A stretch of 64,000 bases of DNA, from positions 1,696,001 to 1,760,000 of the forward strand of contig CAVQYR010000001.1 in the NCBI GenBank assembly GCA_963718235.1, given 5' to 3'. The position numbers were made by a program, and so were the translations under genes. The notes below the pieces were generated by a model that worked only from the letters and a program-made list of their open reading frames with translations, was not told the origin of the DNA and did no database searches. Within the stretch, counting starts at the first letter, position 1. Each line of letters starts with the position of its first letter. The stretch comes from an uncultured Actinomycetota bacterium (GTDB lineage: Bacteria > Actinomycetota > Actinomycetes > JAHEKZ01). Below are positions 10,637 through 20,184 of the stretch, piece after piece.

Positions 10637-11671
10637 GTGACCTCGACCCCGGCTGTGGCCGGCCCGTTCGCCGCCCCGCCCGATGGGGCCGCGCGTGCTG
10701 AGCCGGGCGACCCGACTCCGGTGATCGAGCCCGGTGGCGGTGCCGCCCCGTTCTCGGTGCACCTCGAGGTCTTCGAGGGACCCTTCGACCTGCTGCTCTC
10801 GCTGATCGGCAAGCACAAGCTCGACGTCACCGAGGTGGCGCTGTCCCAGGTCACTGACGAGTTCATCGCCCACATCCGCGGGATGGGCGACGACTGGGAC
10901 CTCGAGCAGACCACCCACTTCCTCGTCGTGGCGGCCACCCTGCTCGACCTGAAGGCAGCCAGGCTGCTCCCCTCCGGAGACGTCGAGGACGAGGACGACC
11001 TGGCCCTGCTCGAGGCCCGGGACCTCTTGTTCGCCAGGCTCCTGCAGTACCGCGCGTACAAGGAGGTGGCGGCCCTGCTCGCCGAGCAGATGGCTGAGGC
11101 CGCTCGGCGGTTCCCGCGCTCGGTGGCGATCGAGCCGCAGTTCGCCAACCTGCTGCCGGAAGTGCTGATCGGGCTGGGCGCCGACGCGTTCGCCGAGCTG
11201 GCCGCTAAGGCGCTGACCCCACGGCCGGTGCCGGTCGTCAGCATCGACCACGTCCACGCGCCCAGGGTCAGTGTGCGCGACCAGGCAGCGCTGCTTGTGG
11301 ATCGCTTGCGGCGCACCCGCACGGTGACCTTCCGCAGCCTGGCCGCCGATGCTGAGGACACCGTCACAGTGGTGGCTCGCTTCCTCGCCCTGCTGGAGCT
11401 GTTCCGTGAAGGAGCGGTGGCCTTCGACCAGCTCACACCCCTGGGTGAGCTCACCATCCGGTGGACCGGCACCGAGGAGGGTGAGCTGGACGTGCACGAC
11501 GAGTTCGACGAGGACGACTCGGACGATGACAGCACTGTGGACGTCAGTGAGGTGACCACCGTCCCGATCGGTCACTCGACCAGCGACACGACCAGCGACG
11601 TGACGAACGACGTGACCAGCGAGAAGGACGACGCCACGGCGTCGCCCGTCAAGGGGGAGGGGTCGACCTGA
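10637..11671 (+). CDS. scpA: Segregation and condensation protein A (kleisin)
   Basis: FEGPFDLLLSLI, AATLLDLKAARLLP and ARFLALLEL motifs; acidic tail with TSD repeats. Confidence 0.95.
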   Translation: MTSTPAVAGPFAAPPDGAARAEPGDPTPVIEPGGGAAPFSVHLEVFEGPFDLLLSLIGKHKLDVTEVALSQVTDEFIAHIRGMGDDWDLEQTTHFLVVAATLLDLKAARLLPSGDVEDEDDLALLEARDLLFARLLQYRAYKEVAALLAEQMAEAARRFPRSVAIEPQFANLLPEVLIGLGADAFAELAAKALTPRPVPVVSIDHVHAPRVSVRDQAALLVDRLRRTRTVTFRSLAADAEDTVTVVARFLALLELFREGAVAFDQLTPLGELTIRWTGTEEGELDVHDEFDEDDSDDDSTVDVSEVTTVPIGHSTSDTTSDVTNDVTSEKDDATASPVKGEGST

Positions 11672-12345
11672 TGAACGCCGATCCAGTCGGTACCGCGGAC
11701 GTCGAGCTGGAGGTTCAGCATGCGCCGTCCCTCGACGAGGGGGCCGACGAGAGGTCCGATGCAGCGCTGAGCCCCGAGCCTCCGGATTCGGCTGAGGACG
11801 TGCTCAGTGACCTGAACCTGGGGCCGGCCCTGGAGGCGGTCCTGATGATCGTCGACGAGCCGGTGTCCGCCCTCGACCTGGCCCAGGCGCTGCGGCGGCC
11901 CACCGACGACGTCGTTGCCGAGCTGAGGGCCCTGTCCGACGGTTACCGCACAGCCGGCCGTGGTTTCGAGCTTCGTGAGGTGGCCGGCGGGTGGCGGTAC
12001 TACAGCGCGGCACCGTACGCGGCGGTGGTCGAGCAGTTCGTGGTCGAGGGGCAGCAGGCCCGGTTGACCCAGGCGGCGTTGGAGACGCTGGCTGTGGTGG
12101 CCTACCGTCAGCCGGTCAGCCGGGCCCGGATCTCCGGGGTGCGCGGCGTCAACGTCGACAGCGTGATCCGGACCCTGACCAACCGGGGGCTGATCGAGGA
12201 GGCCGGGACTGACGCTGAGCACGGAGCGATCCTCTACCGCACGACCGCGTACTTCTTGGAGCGGCTGGGCCTGACGAGCGTGGAGGATCTGCCGCCACTG
12301 GCTCCTCATCTTCCCGACCTCGAGGCGCTAGATGTCGAACTATGA
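11671..12345 (+). CDS. scpB: SMC-Scp complex subunit ScpB
   Basis: LTQAALETLAVVAYRQPVSRA-I-GVRGV and YRTT-YFLERLG-LPPL motifs. Confidence 0.95.
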   Translation: MNADPVGTADVELEVQHAPSLDEGADERSDAALSPEPPDSAEDVLSDLNLGPALEAVLMIVDEPVSALDLAQALRRPTDDVVAELRALSDGYRTAGRGFELREVAGGWRYYSAAPYAAVVEQFVVEGQQARLTQAALETLAVVAYRQPVSRARISGVRGVNVDSVIRTLTNRGLIEEAGTDAEHGAILYRTTAYFLERLGLTSVEDLPPLAPHLPDLEALDVEL

Positions 12346-13097
12346 CTGAGTCTCAGCCAGACCTTGAGACGAATCAAGGCATAAGGCTCCAGAAGGTGCT
12401 CGCCCAGGCGGGGCTGGGGAGTCGTCGGGCGTGCGAGCGGCTGATCGAGCAGGGCCGGGTCGAGGTCGACGGACGGACGATCCGGGAGCAGGGGGTCCGG
12501 GTCGACCCCGCGCGAGCGCTGGTGAAGGTCGACGGCCAACGTCTGTCAGTGGCTCCTGGGCTGGTGTACCTGGCCCTGAACAAACCGGTGGGAGTCCTCT
12601 CGGCGATGAGCGCCCCGACCGGTCGGCCGTGCGTGGGGGACCTCGTGGCCGACCGCCCCGAGCGGCTGTTCCACGTCGGACGGCTCGACGCCGACACCGA
12701 AGGCCTGCTCCTGCTCACCAACGACGGTGAGCTGGCCCACCGACTGGCCCACCCGTCCTACGAGGTACCCAAGATCTACCTGGCCGAGGTCGACGGTCGA
12801 CTCGATCGCGACGCGCTGCGCCGGCTGCGCGCTGGTGTCCCCCTGGACGACGGCATGGGCAAGGTCGACGCGTTGACCGTGGTCCAACAGCTCGCCGACC
12901 GGACCCAGGTGGAGCTGACCCTCCACGAGGGTCGCAACCGGATCGTGCGCCGGTTGCTCGAGGCGGTGGGTCACCCCGTGACCCGACTGGTCCGGCTGCA
13001 GGTCGGCCCCGTGCGGCTGGCCGGGCTCAAGCCCGGACACGTGCGTGCCCTGCGCCGCGACGAGGTGGCACAGCTGTTCGCCCTCACCTCGATGTAG
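12342..13097 (+). CDS. rluB: rRNA pseudouridine synthase (RluB/RsuA family, S4 domain)
   Basis: RLQKVLAQAG-GSRR, HVGRLDADTEGLLLLTNDG and EGRNRIVRR motifs. Confidence 0.9.
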   Translation: MTESQPDLETNQGIRLQKVLAQAGLGSRRACERLIEQGRVEVDGRTIREQGVRVDPARALVKVDGQRLSVAPGLVYLALNKPVGVLSAMSAPTGRPCVGDLVADRPERLFHVGRLDADTEGLLLLTNDGELAHRLAHPSYEVPKIYLAEVDGRLDRDALRRLRAGVPLDDGMGKVDALTVVQQLADRTQVELTLHEGRNRIVRRLLEAVGHPVTRLVRLQVGPVRLAGLKPGHVRALRRDEVAQLFALTSM

Positions 13098-13111
13098 CTG
13101 GAAGACATCAC

Positions 13112-13364
13112 ATCGACTGATCGACTTTCAGACGAGCGAACAGACGTCTAGATATCGACAAACCGACAGTCTTGCCCAGATCTTATCTCCCAACTAGTGA
13201 AGGTAATCCCAGGTCAGAGCCCCAGTATTGTCGGTTTATCGACGTGAAGAGTCCTCCGACTCAGCCATGATTCGGCACGCGGAACGGGGGTCTGCGAAGA
13301 ATCGACAGATCGGCTTCGAGACACATCGGCACGTCGGCTTCGAGACTTCCCGACTCATCGCTAG
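13112..13364. repeat. Phased 8-bp direct-repeat arrays (consensus ATCGACAN / NTCGRCNN) including one inverted pair
   Basis: 13112-13143 (4 units), 13154-13169 (2), 13228-13243 (2, inverted), 13255-13278 (partial) and 13301-13364 (8 consecutive units). Confidence 0.75.
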
Positions 13365-13395
13365 TGTGGCAGCTCCGATCGGAGGTGGAGGACTC

Positions 13396-13758
13396 GTGGC
13401 CCTGCGGGCGATTCGTGGCGCGACCCAGCTGAAGGCTGACGACGCAGCCGAGCTGGAGGACGCGGTCGTGGAGCTGATGCACGCGGTGCTCGACCGGAAC
13501 CAGCTGGACACCGACGCGCTGGTCAGCGTGCTGTTCACGAGCACGCCCGACCTGCGCAGCCAGTTCCCGGCTGCTGCCGCTCGCACCCTGGGGATCGGAG
13601 ACGTTCCTCTGCTGTGTGCCCAGGAGCTCGCTGTCGTGGGAGCGCTTCCGCGCGTGGTCCGGCTGATGGCGCACGTGGACACCGAACAGAGTCGCGCAGC
13701 CATCACCCACGTGTACCTCCGTGGCGCCGAGGTGCTCCGCCAGGACCTCGCCCAGTGA
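13396..13758 (+). CDS. aroH: Chorismate mutase, AroH class
   Basis: RAIRGATQ, FTSTPDL-S-FPAAAAR and HVYLRGA-VLR-DL. GGAGG RBS before the GTG at 13396. Confidence 0.93.
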   Translation: MALRAIRGATQLKADDAAELEDAVVELMHAVLDRNQLDTDALVSVLFTSTPDLRSQFPAAAARTLGIGDVPLLCAQELAVVGALPRVVRLMAHVDTEQSRAAITHVYLRGAEVLRQDLAQ

Positions 13759-14855
13759 CCACGCCGCGCTGCCTGATCATCGGTGGGGGACTGATGGGGG
13801 CCTCGTTGGGGCTCGCCCTACGGGGTCAGGAGTGGCCGGTCTGGCTTCGGGACACCGACCAGCGGGCTGAGGCGCTGGCGGTTGACCTCGGAGCAGGGGA
13901 GCCCGGCCTGCCGCCGGAGGCACCGGGGATCGTTTTCCTGGCCGTTCCGCCCGATCAAGTGGCTTTGGTCGCAATAGAGACGCATCGCCTTTATCCCAAG
14001 TCCACGATTAGCGATTTGGGTAGCGTCAAGGCCAACCTTCAACTAGAGATTGAGAGTCAACTGTCCCTGAACGAGGTTTTTGTCGGTGGGCACCCGCTGG
14101 CGGGACGTGAACGCACGGGTCCGGCGGCTGCCCGGGCTGATCTGTTCGAGGGCCGGCCCTGGGTGCTGACGCCGGGAGCGGCGGTGGCTGCCTCGCGAGT
14201 AGCTGCGGTCGTCGCGGCGGTGACTGCCTGCGGCGCGGTTCCCGTAGTGATGGAGCCCCGGGCTCACGACGAAGCGGTCGCTCTGGTCTCGCATGCCCCT
14301 CAGGTGGCGTCCAGCGCACTGGCGGCCCGCCTGGCGGGTGCCCCGACGGAGGCGCTGGCCCTGTCCGGCCAGGGGTTGCGCGACACCGTCCGGATCGCGG
14401 CATCCGATCCCCAACTGTGGGTGGAGATCCTCCAGGCGAACGCAGGTCCGGTCGCGGAGGTGCTCCGGGGGCTCGTCGCGGACCTCCAGCACGCGGTCGA
14501 TGCGCTCGACGCCGTCAGTGAGTCGGCAGATCGACAAGATGATGAATCGATAAATGCCTCGCGTGAGGTGCTGCGTGACCTGATCGACCGCGGCAACGTC
14601 GGGTCCGCCCGCATTCCCGGAAAGCACGGCAGCCCACCGGCGGCCTACAGCCAGGTGCGGGTGGTGATCGCGGACGAACCCGGCGGCCTGGCTGCCCTCT
14701 TCCTGGCGGCGGGAGAGGCAGGGGTGAACATCGAGGACGTGCGCCTGGAGCACTCACCGGGCCAGCCCGTGGGGCTGGTGGAGCTGTCGGTGCAGCCGCA
14801 GTCCGCGAAGACCCTGGGCGAGCGGCTGAGGGCCGCTGGCTGGTCGGTGCACTGA
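13755..14855 (+). CDS. tyrA: Prephenate dehydrogenase with C-terminal ACT domain
   Basis: IIGGGLMGAS, DLGSVK, GGHPLAGRE, HDEAVALVSH, GLRDTVRIA and GVNIED motifs. Confidence 0.93.
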   Translation: MTTPRCLIIGGGLMGASLGLALRGQEWPVWLRDTDQRAEALAVDLGAGEPGLPPEAPGIVFLAVPPDQVALVAIETHRLYPKSTISDLGSVKANLQLEIESQLSLNEVFVGGHPLAGRERTGPAAARADLFEGRPWVLTPGAAVAASRVAAVVAAVTACGAVPVVMEPRAHDEAVALVSHAPQVASSALAARLAGAPTEALALSGQGLRDTVRIAASDPQLWVEILQANAGPVAEVLRGLVADLQHAVDALDAVSESADRQDDESINASREVLRDLIDRGNVGSARIPGKHGSPPAAYSQVRVVIADEPGGLAALFLAAGEAGVNIEDVRLEHSPGQPVGLVELSVQPQSAKTLGERLRAAGWSVH

Positions 14856-14988
14856 GCCTGCCTCAGCGGGTCGGTTGAAGGGTCCGAGGAGGGGCCCGGC
14901 CTACGAACCGCCGTGGCGGAGGCTGGGGTGGGTACCCTCGGGCGACGTCCGGCGGTCGGCCGCCCGGTCATGACGAACGAGGAGCCAC

Positions 14989-15693
14989 GTGGACCGATCC
15001 ACCGCGCACGGCCGGCTCGTCGTGGCCGTGGACGGCCCGTCCGGGTCGGGCAAGTCCAGTACTGCCAGGGGCGTGGCCAATCGGCTCGGCTTCCGGTACC
15101 TGGACACGGGCGCGCTGTACCGGGCGGTCACCTGGTGGCTGCTCGAGCGCGGGGTCGACGTCCACGACCCCGCGGCGGTGGCTGCTGACCTCGAGGCGAT
15201 CGAGCTGCAGCTGTCCACTGACCCGCAGGACCCTCGGGTCTGTGTGGACGGCGCCGACGTCTCCGACGCGATCCGTGAGCGGGACGTGACCAACGCGGTC
15301 AGTGCCGTGAGCGCAGTGCCCGAGGTCCGTCAGTACCTGGTCCCGGTCCAACGCGCAGTCATTGACGTCGGGGATGTCGTGGTCGAGGGGCGTGACATCG
15401 GAACCGTGGTCGCGCCGGAGGCAGCGGTCAAGGTGTTCCTGACCGCCGACAGCGAGGCGCGCGCGCGTCGTCGTTCCGCCGAGCTCGAGCACGACGCCGA
15501 CGCCACGGTGTCGCGAACGCGTGAGGAGCTTCGACGCCGAGACCATCTGGACTCCTCGCGCGAGGTCTCACCTCTCGCCCGGGCCGACGACGCCGTCGAG
15601 CTCGACTCGACCGACCTCACCCTGGAGCAGGTCATCGATGCGATCGTCGCCCTGGTCCAGCCGCACCTGCCTCATTCGCAGGGAGACCGATGA
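14989..15693 (+). CDS. cmk: Cytidylate kinase
   Basis: [29 protein letters not shown] and RRD-LDS-R motifs. Confidence 0.97.
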   Translation: MDRSTAHGRLVVAVDGPSGSGKSSTARGVANRLGFRYLDTGALYRAVTWWLLERGVDVHDPAAVAADLEAIELQLSTDPQDPRVCVDGADVSDAIRERDVTNAVSAVSAVPEVRQYLVPVQRAVIDVGDVVVEGRDIGTVVAPEAAVKVFLTADSEARARRRSAELEHDADATVSRTREELRRRDHLDSSREVSPLARADDAVELDSTDLTLEQVIDAIVALVQPHLPHSQGDR

Positions 15694-17102
15694 TGGTTGA
15701 CGACGAATCACGCAGCTCAACCCACGAGGGCGATGCCTGGGCGGATCTCGCCGATGACGTCGTGGTCGACTTCGGGGGAGCGCAACGGGCCCTTCCGGTC
15801 CTGGCCGTCGTCGGCCGGCCCAACGTCGGCAAGTCGACCCTGGTGAACCGCATCCTCGGACGGCGCGAGGCCGTCGTCGAGGACCGTCCGGGAGTGACCC
15901 GGGACCGGGTCGCCTATGACGCGACGTGGGCGGGGCGTCGCTTCACCGTCGTCGACACTGGTGGATGGGAACCGGACGCACAGGGCCTGCGGGCCAGGGT
16001 CGCAGCCCAGGCCGAGCTCGCCGTGGGTGCGGCCGATGCTGTGCTGCTCGTGGTCGACGCCACGGTCGGGGTGACCGATACCGACCAAGCCGTCGTCTCG
16101 GTACTCCGTCGTGCCGGCAAGCCGGTGATCGTCGCGGCGAACAAGGTCGACGACGCACCTGCCGAGGCAGAGGCAGCGGCGTTGTGGTCCCTGGGGCTGG
16201 GGGAGCCCCGGGCTGTCTCGGCCCTGCATGGGCGAGGGTCTGGTGACTTGCTCGACGCCATCCTGGCTGCCCTTCCCGAGCCGCCGCAAGACGTCGAGAG
16301 TGAGGAGGGTCCGCACCGGATCGCGTTGCTGGGCAAGCCGAATGTCGGCAAGTCCAGTCTGCTCAACAAGCTCGCCGGTGAGGATCGGGTGGTTGTCGAC
16401 TCGGTGGCCGGCACGACCGTCGACCCGGTCGATGAGCTGATCGAGCTCGGTGGCGAGGTGTGGCGTTTCGTCGACACTGCCGGGATCCGGCGCAGGGTCA
16501 AGGAGTCCAGCGGTCAGGAGTACTTCGCCAGCCTGCGCACGCAGTCGGCCCTGGAGAAGGCGGAGGTAGCCGTCGTCCTGCTCGATGCAAGCGAGCCGTT
16601 GACCGAGCAGGACACCCGCATCATCTCGATGGTTGTCGAGGCGGGGCGTGCCCTCGTTCTGGCGTTCAACAAGTGGGACCTCATGGACGACGAACGACGC
16701 TACTACCTCGACCGAGAGATCGAGCGCGAGCTGGCGCGGGTGTCCTGGGCTCCTCGAGTCAACGTGTCGGCGCAGACGGGGCGCCACGTGGATCGGCTCG
16801 TCCCAGCGCTGACCGATGCGCTGGAGGGCTGGGCCACCCGGGTGCCCACTGCCCGGCTGAATGCGTTCCTCGGACGTCTCGTGGCCGAGCACCCGCATCC
16901 GATCCGTGGTGGGAAGCAGCCACGCATCCTGTTCGCCACACAAGCGGGTACCCGACCCCCGACGTTCGTCCTGTTCGCCTCAGGTTTCCTGGAGCCCGGA
17001 TACCGGCGGTTCATCGAGCGTCGGCTGCGGGAGGAGTTCGGCTTCACCGGCTCACCCGTGCAGGTCAACGTTCGAGTCAGGGAGAAGCGAGGCAGGCGAT
17101 GA
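15690..17102 (+). CDS. der: Ribosome biogenesis GTPase Der (EngA)
   Basis: Two GTPase domains ([16 protein letters not shown]) and a KH-like C-terminus. Confidence 0.97.
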   Translation: MMVDDESRSSTHEGDAWADLADDVVVDFGGAQRALPVLAVVGRPNVGKSTLVNRILGRREAVVEDRPGVTRDRVAYDATWAGRRFTVVDTGGWEPDAQGLRARVAAQAELAVGAADAVLLVVDATVGVTDTDQAVVSVLRRAGKPVIVAANKVDDAPAEAEAAALWSLGLGEPRAVSALHGRGSGDLLDAILAALPEPPQDVESEEGPHRIALLGKPNVGKSSLLNKLAGEDRVVVDSVAGTTVDPVDELIELGGEVWRFVDTAGIRRRVKESSGQEYFASLRTQSALEKAEVAVVLLDASEPLTEQDTRIISMVVEAGRALVLAFNKWDLMDDERRYYLDREIERELARVSWAPRVNVSAQTGRHVDRLVPALTDALEGWATRVPTARLNAFLGRLVAEHPHPIRGGKQPRILFATQAGTRPPTFVLFASGFLEPGYRRFIERRLREEFGFTGSPVQVNVRVREKRGRR

Positions 17103-17524
17103 CGGCGCCGGAACACTTCGTCAGTGGCGCGCTCCCGCCTGGCTCAGGAGCCTGCCGAACGATCATCGCCGCCAGACGTGCCGGCTGGGACCAGGTCGCA
17201 ATGGGTGAGTGGCAGCTTTTCGCCGAGGGATTCGGTGACTGCCACCCGCACGACGAGGTGACCTACGTGCTGGAGGGTCTCTTGGAGGTCGACTGCGGCG
17301 GGACCCGTGTCGTGGCCCGTCCCGGAGACGTCGTGCGCGTTCCGGCCGGAAGCCCTGCCTACTACTTCGCTCCTGAGTATGCCCGGATGCTCTACATCTA
17401 CGGCCCGAACCCCGAGGGGAAACCGGCGTGGACCTTCGAGGATCGGGCGACAGTCGCGCCCAAAGGACAGACGCCCGCAGGTGGCGACGGGGAGGCCGTC
17501 CCGACCGACGGTGAGTCCCGCTGA
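17099..17524 (+). CDS. Cupin-domain protein
   Basis: [12 protein letters not shown]...[10 protein letters not shown] cupin motifs; ATGA overlap with der. Confidence 0.75.
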   Translation: MTAPEHFVSGALPPGSGACRTIIAARRAGWDQVAMGEWQLFAEGFGDCHPHDEVTYVLEGLLEVDCGGTRVVARPGDVVRVPAGSPAYYFAPEYARMLYIYGPNPEGKPAWTFEDRATVAPKGQTPAGGDGEAVPTDGESR

Positions 17525-17543
17525 GGTAGTCTGCTGCCCGCAC

Positions 17544-17617
<74 letters not shown>

Positions 17618-17620
17618 CGG

Positions 17621-18002
17621 TGTGATGTCTCAGGACATCGGAAACTGCCGGACCTGCAACTGCAGGTCCGGCAGTTCTCATTTCTGGGGCTTTCGGGTGG
17701 GTCCTTTGGGGGCTCCAGTGGGCTGGTAGTCGATGTGCGGGTTGAGGACGAGCTTGCGTATCAGTTCGCCGGTGATCGGGTTGACGATGCGGATGTTGAG
17801 GTCCCGGACGAGCAGGATGACGCAGGTTCCCTCGTAGGTTCGCCCGATTCCGATGTGGTGCAGCCGGCCGTTGTGGCGGATGGTGACTGAGCCGGCTTCG
17901 TCGACGCGGTCGTGGCGGATGCGGTCGTGGGTGTCTTGGTCGTGGGAGTCGCCGGGCAAGGCTTTCGGCATCTTGACGTAGCGTGCGGCCGGGGTGACGT
18001 GG
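17621..18002 (-). mobile_element. IS481-family-like remnant: right end plus transposase C-terminal fragment
   Basis: TGT-starting terminus TGTGATGTCTCAGGACATCGG just after the tRNA; 16-bp hairpin 17643-17676. Peptide TPAARY...HDRVDEAGSVTIRHNGRLHHIGIGR...TGELIRKLVLNP-IDYQP resembles actinobacterial IS481 C-termini. Confidence 0.8.
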
Positions 18003-18015
18003 CTGTCGTCCCGAC
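18003..18015 (+). repeat. 13-bp duplicate of the tRNA-Pro 3' end (att-like direct repeat)
   Basis: CTGTCGTCCCGAC is identical to 17606-17618. Confidence 0.7.
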
Positions 18016-18163
18016 TGTGACTACTGGTTGCGCCGTGAATGTGCAGTTTCGTGTGCCAGTTGCGTCCGAAGCAAGCCAGAGTCCCGCGAGAGACTGGTTG
18101 CGAGTGTGATACTCAGCGCATCGGTCCGGCAACCTGGCCGGGCCCCCGGACCTGGAGGCCGAT

Positions 18164-18475
18164 ATGTGGGCTCAGCTCATCAAGATGCGCGCGAAACAGG
18201 GCCGCAAGCAGGACCTCGTGACGATGCACGAGCGCATCCAGGCATTGGAGGAACCGGGCTCTGGCTTGATTCGCACCACCATCGGTTGGGACCAGAAGGA
18301 CCCGCAGGTTTCCTATGTGATGGTCGTCTTCGAGAGCGAGGAGAAGGCTCGCGCCCGTGAGCAGAGCCCCGGCCGACAGGAGGCCATGGCTGCCGTCACG
18401 GTCGATATGGCGGAGGTGCTGGACGGCCCACCCGAGTTCGTCGACATTACCGAGGTCCAGGAGGTCACTCCTTAG
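18164..18475 (+). CDS. Small dimeric alpha/beta-barrel (ABM-like) protein
   Basis: GGAGG RBS; pattern VMVVFESEEKARA...LDGPPEFVD. Confidence 0.6.
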   Translation: MWAQLIKMRAKQGRKQDLVTMHERIQALEEPGSGLIRTTIGWDQKDPQVSYVMVVFESEEKARAREQSPGRQEAMAAVTVDMAEVLDGPPEFVDITEVQEVTP

Positions 18476-18599
18476 CGAGCACGCCCGGCGCCTTGGCCGC
18501 GCTGATCCAAGAGCCCCAGGCCCAGCACGGAAGGCGGGCGCGACCTCCCGCCATCTGTGGGTGGACACCTCGTCGACATCGAGCCGACCCCCACCCCGA

Positions 18600-18756
18600 C
18601 CCCATCGCGGCCGGGGGGTCTGCTGGTCGACGAGCAGGGCGGTCAGGACCAGGCGCGCTTTCTGCATGACCCAGCGTCGAGCCCGACCGGGTGTCTCCTG
18701 TGTCTTGCGACTGCCGGACCTGCAACCGCGGGTCCGGCAGTTGTCGTTTCTGGGGC
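18600..18756 (-). mobile_element. IS481-like transposase N-terminal fragment and left end, abutting a second copy of the right-end hairpin
   Basis: ATG at 18667 gives MQKARLVLTALLVDQQTP. 18710-18756 repeats 17644-17690 with a few mismatches. Confidence 0.65.
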
Positions 18757-18810
18757 GTTTGAGCGCCTTGCAGCACCATGCCGGAGAGGCCGCGTGCGGC
18801 GAGCATCCGC

Positions 18811-19993
18811 CTACCTCACCACGGCGCTCGGCACGGGGCTGTCGACGGTCGTGCCATTTCCAAGCTGGCCGAACCCGTTGTCTCCCCAACAGCGCATCGT
18901 GCCATCGAGCCGCACGGCACATGTGTGCTGCCCTCCCGCACTCAAGGTCTTGACGTGACACAACCCAGCCACGGAGACCGGTGTTGCCCAGTCGTCGGTG
19001 GTGCCGTTGCCGAGCTGGCCCGCGTTGTTCGCACCCCAGCACTTGGCCCGCTGAGCCCGGGTGCGCGAGCAGGTGTGCCAGTCGCCGGTCGTCACGCCGA
19101 GCGCGCGGCTCATCTGCGACAGGGTCGGCGTCGACGTTGCGCCGGTTGAGCCGTCACCCAGTTGGCCGTCCTCGCCTTGTCCCCAGCACCACACGCTGCC
19201 GTCGTTGCGGCGGGCACAGGTAAACTGCTCGCCGACCTGCACGAGCGTCACCGCGCCGGGCAGCCCCGTCACCTGTACCGGAACCAGGCTGCGGTCAACC
19301 GCTTGCAGCCCGAGCTCGCCGTAGCTGTTGTCACCCCAGCACCAGACAGTGCCGAGTGCTTGGCGGGCGCAGGTGTGGTAGGTGCCGGTCGTGACTGCGG
19401 CCATGTCGACGAGCCCTCGCGCCCTGACCGGGGTGGCGCTGGAGGTGGTCGTGCCGTCCCCAAGTCCACCGAGTCCGTTCAGGCCCCAGCACCACACGGT
19501 GCCGACCCGACGAACGGCGCACGTGTTGCTGGCGCCGGACGACACCTGGCGCACGCCGCTGAGGCCCTCCACCCGGACTGGGACACGACTGGCGGTGAGG
19601 GTCCCATCGCCGAGACCGCCGAAGGCGTTGTCTGCCCCAGCACCAGACCTTCCCATTCGAACGAACGGCGCAGGAGTGGTAGGCGCCTGCGGACACCTGG
19701 ACGACGTCCGTCAGGTTGCTCACCCGCACTGGACGGGTCCGCGTCGTCGTCGTGCCGTCGCCGAGCTGCCCATACTGGTTGTCGCCCCAGCACCACACCG
19801 TGCCGTCACGACGCACGCCGCACGTGTGTGTCGATCCGGCGTCGGCTTGGACCACACCGGAGAACTTGACGACTGCCGTGGCCGCTGAGGGCGGGGGCGC
19901 AAGGGCGACAGCCGCCAAGAGCAGCAGGAAGCCCACCAGGGAGCCCAGCAAAGAGGCCAGAATCGCCAGACCCTGCTCGCGTCGACGCATCAT
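18811..19993 (-). CDS. Secreted RCC1-repeat (beta-propeller) protein, +1 frameshift near 19633
   Basis: Signal peptide and about 7 repeats of HTC...DG-VWCWG-N-GQLGDG, split over ORFs 19331..20023 and 18811..19656. Confidence 0.85.
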
Positions 19994-20184
19994 GTCGGCC
20001 ACCCTCCAATAGCTGAGGGACACACCTCAGCCCCTCGGTCGCTCGGTCCCTTTCGTCTCGATGCTGGGGCCCTTGCCCTGAAGCTCGGCAGAGGCCTAAG
20101 TCCCCAGGATCGCCACTCAGCAGGGCTGATCCAAGCGCTCGTGGAACTCGCTCGCCGTTCTGTTGAACGACCTCGTGCGGCGTC

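Noticed and set aside
11577-11625. 12-bp repeat in the scpA 3' end as a cis element
   Set aside because: Codon-phased (TSDTTSDVTNDVTSE) in an acidic disordered tail; explained at the protein level.
13098-13395. CRISPR array in the rluB-aroH spacer
   Set aside because: Units are 8 bp and degenerate, with no 23-47 bp repeats, no unique spacers and no cas genes.
13228-13395. N-terminal extension of aroH in the ORF track
   Set aside because: It translates the repeat array; a strong RBS and family length support the GTG at 13396.
20011-20116. c-di-GMP or c-di-AMP riboswitch upstream of the RCC1 gene
   Set aside because: The conserved aptamer motifs could not be assembled; only a short hairpin and Dev-box-like motifs are seen.
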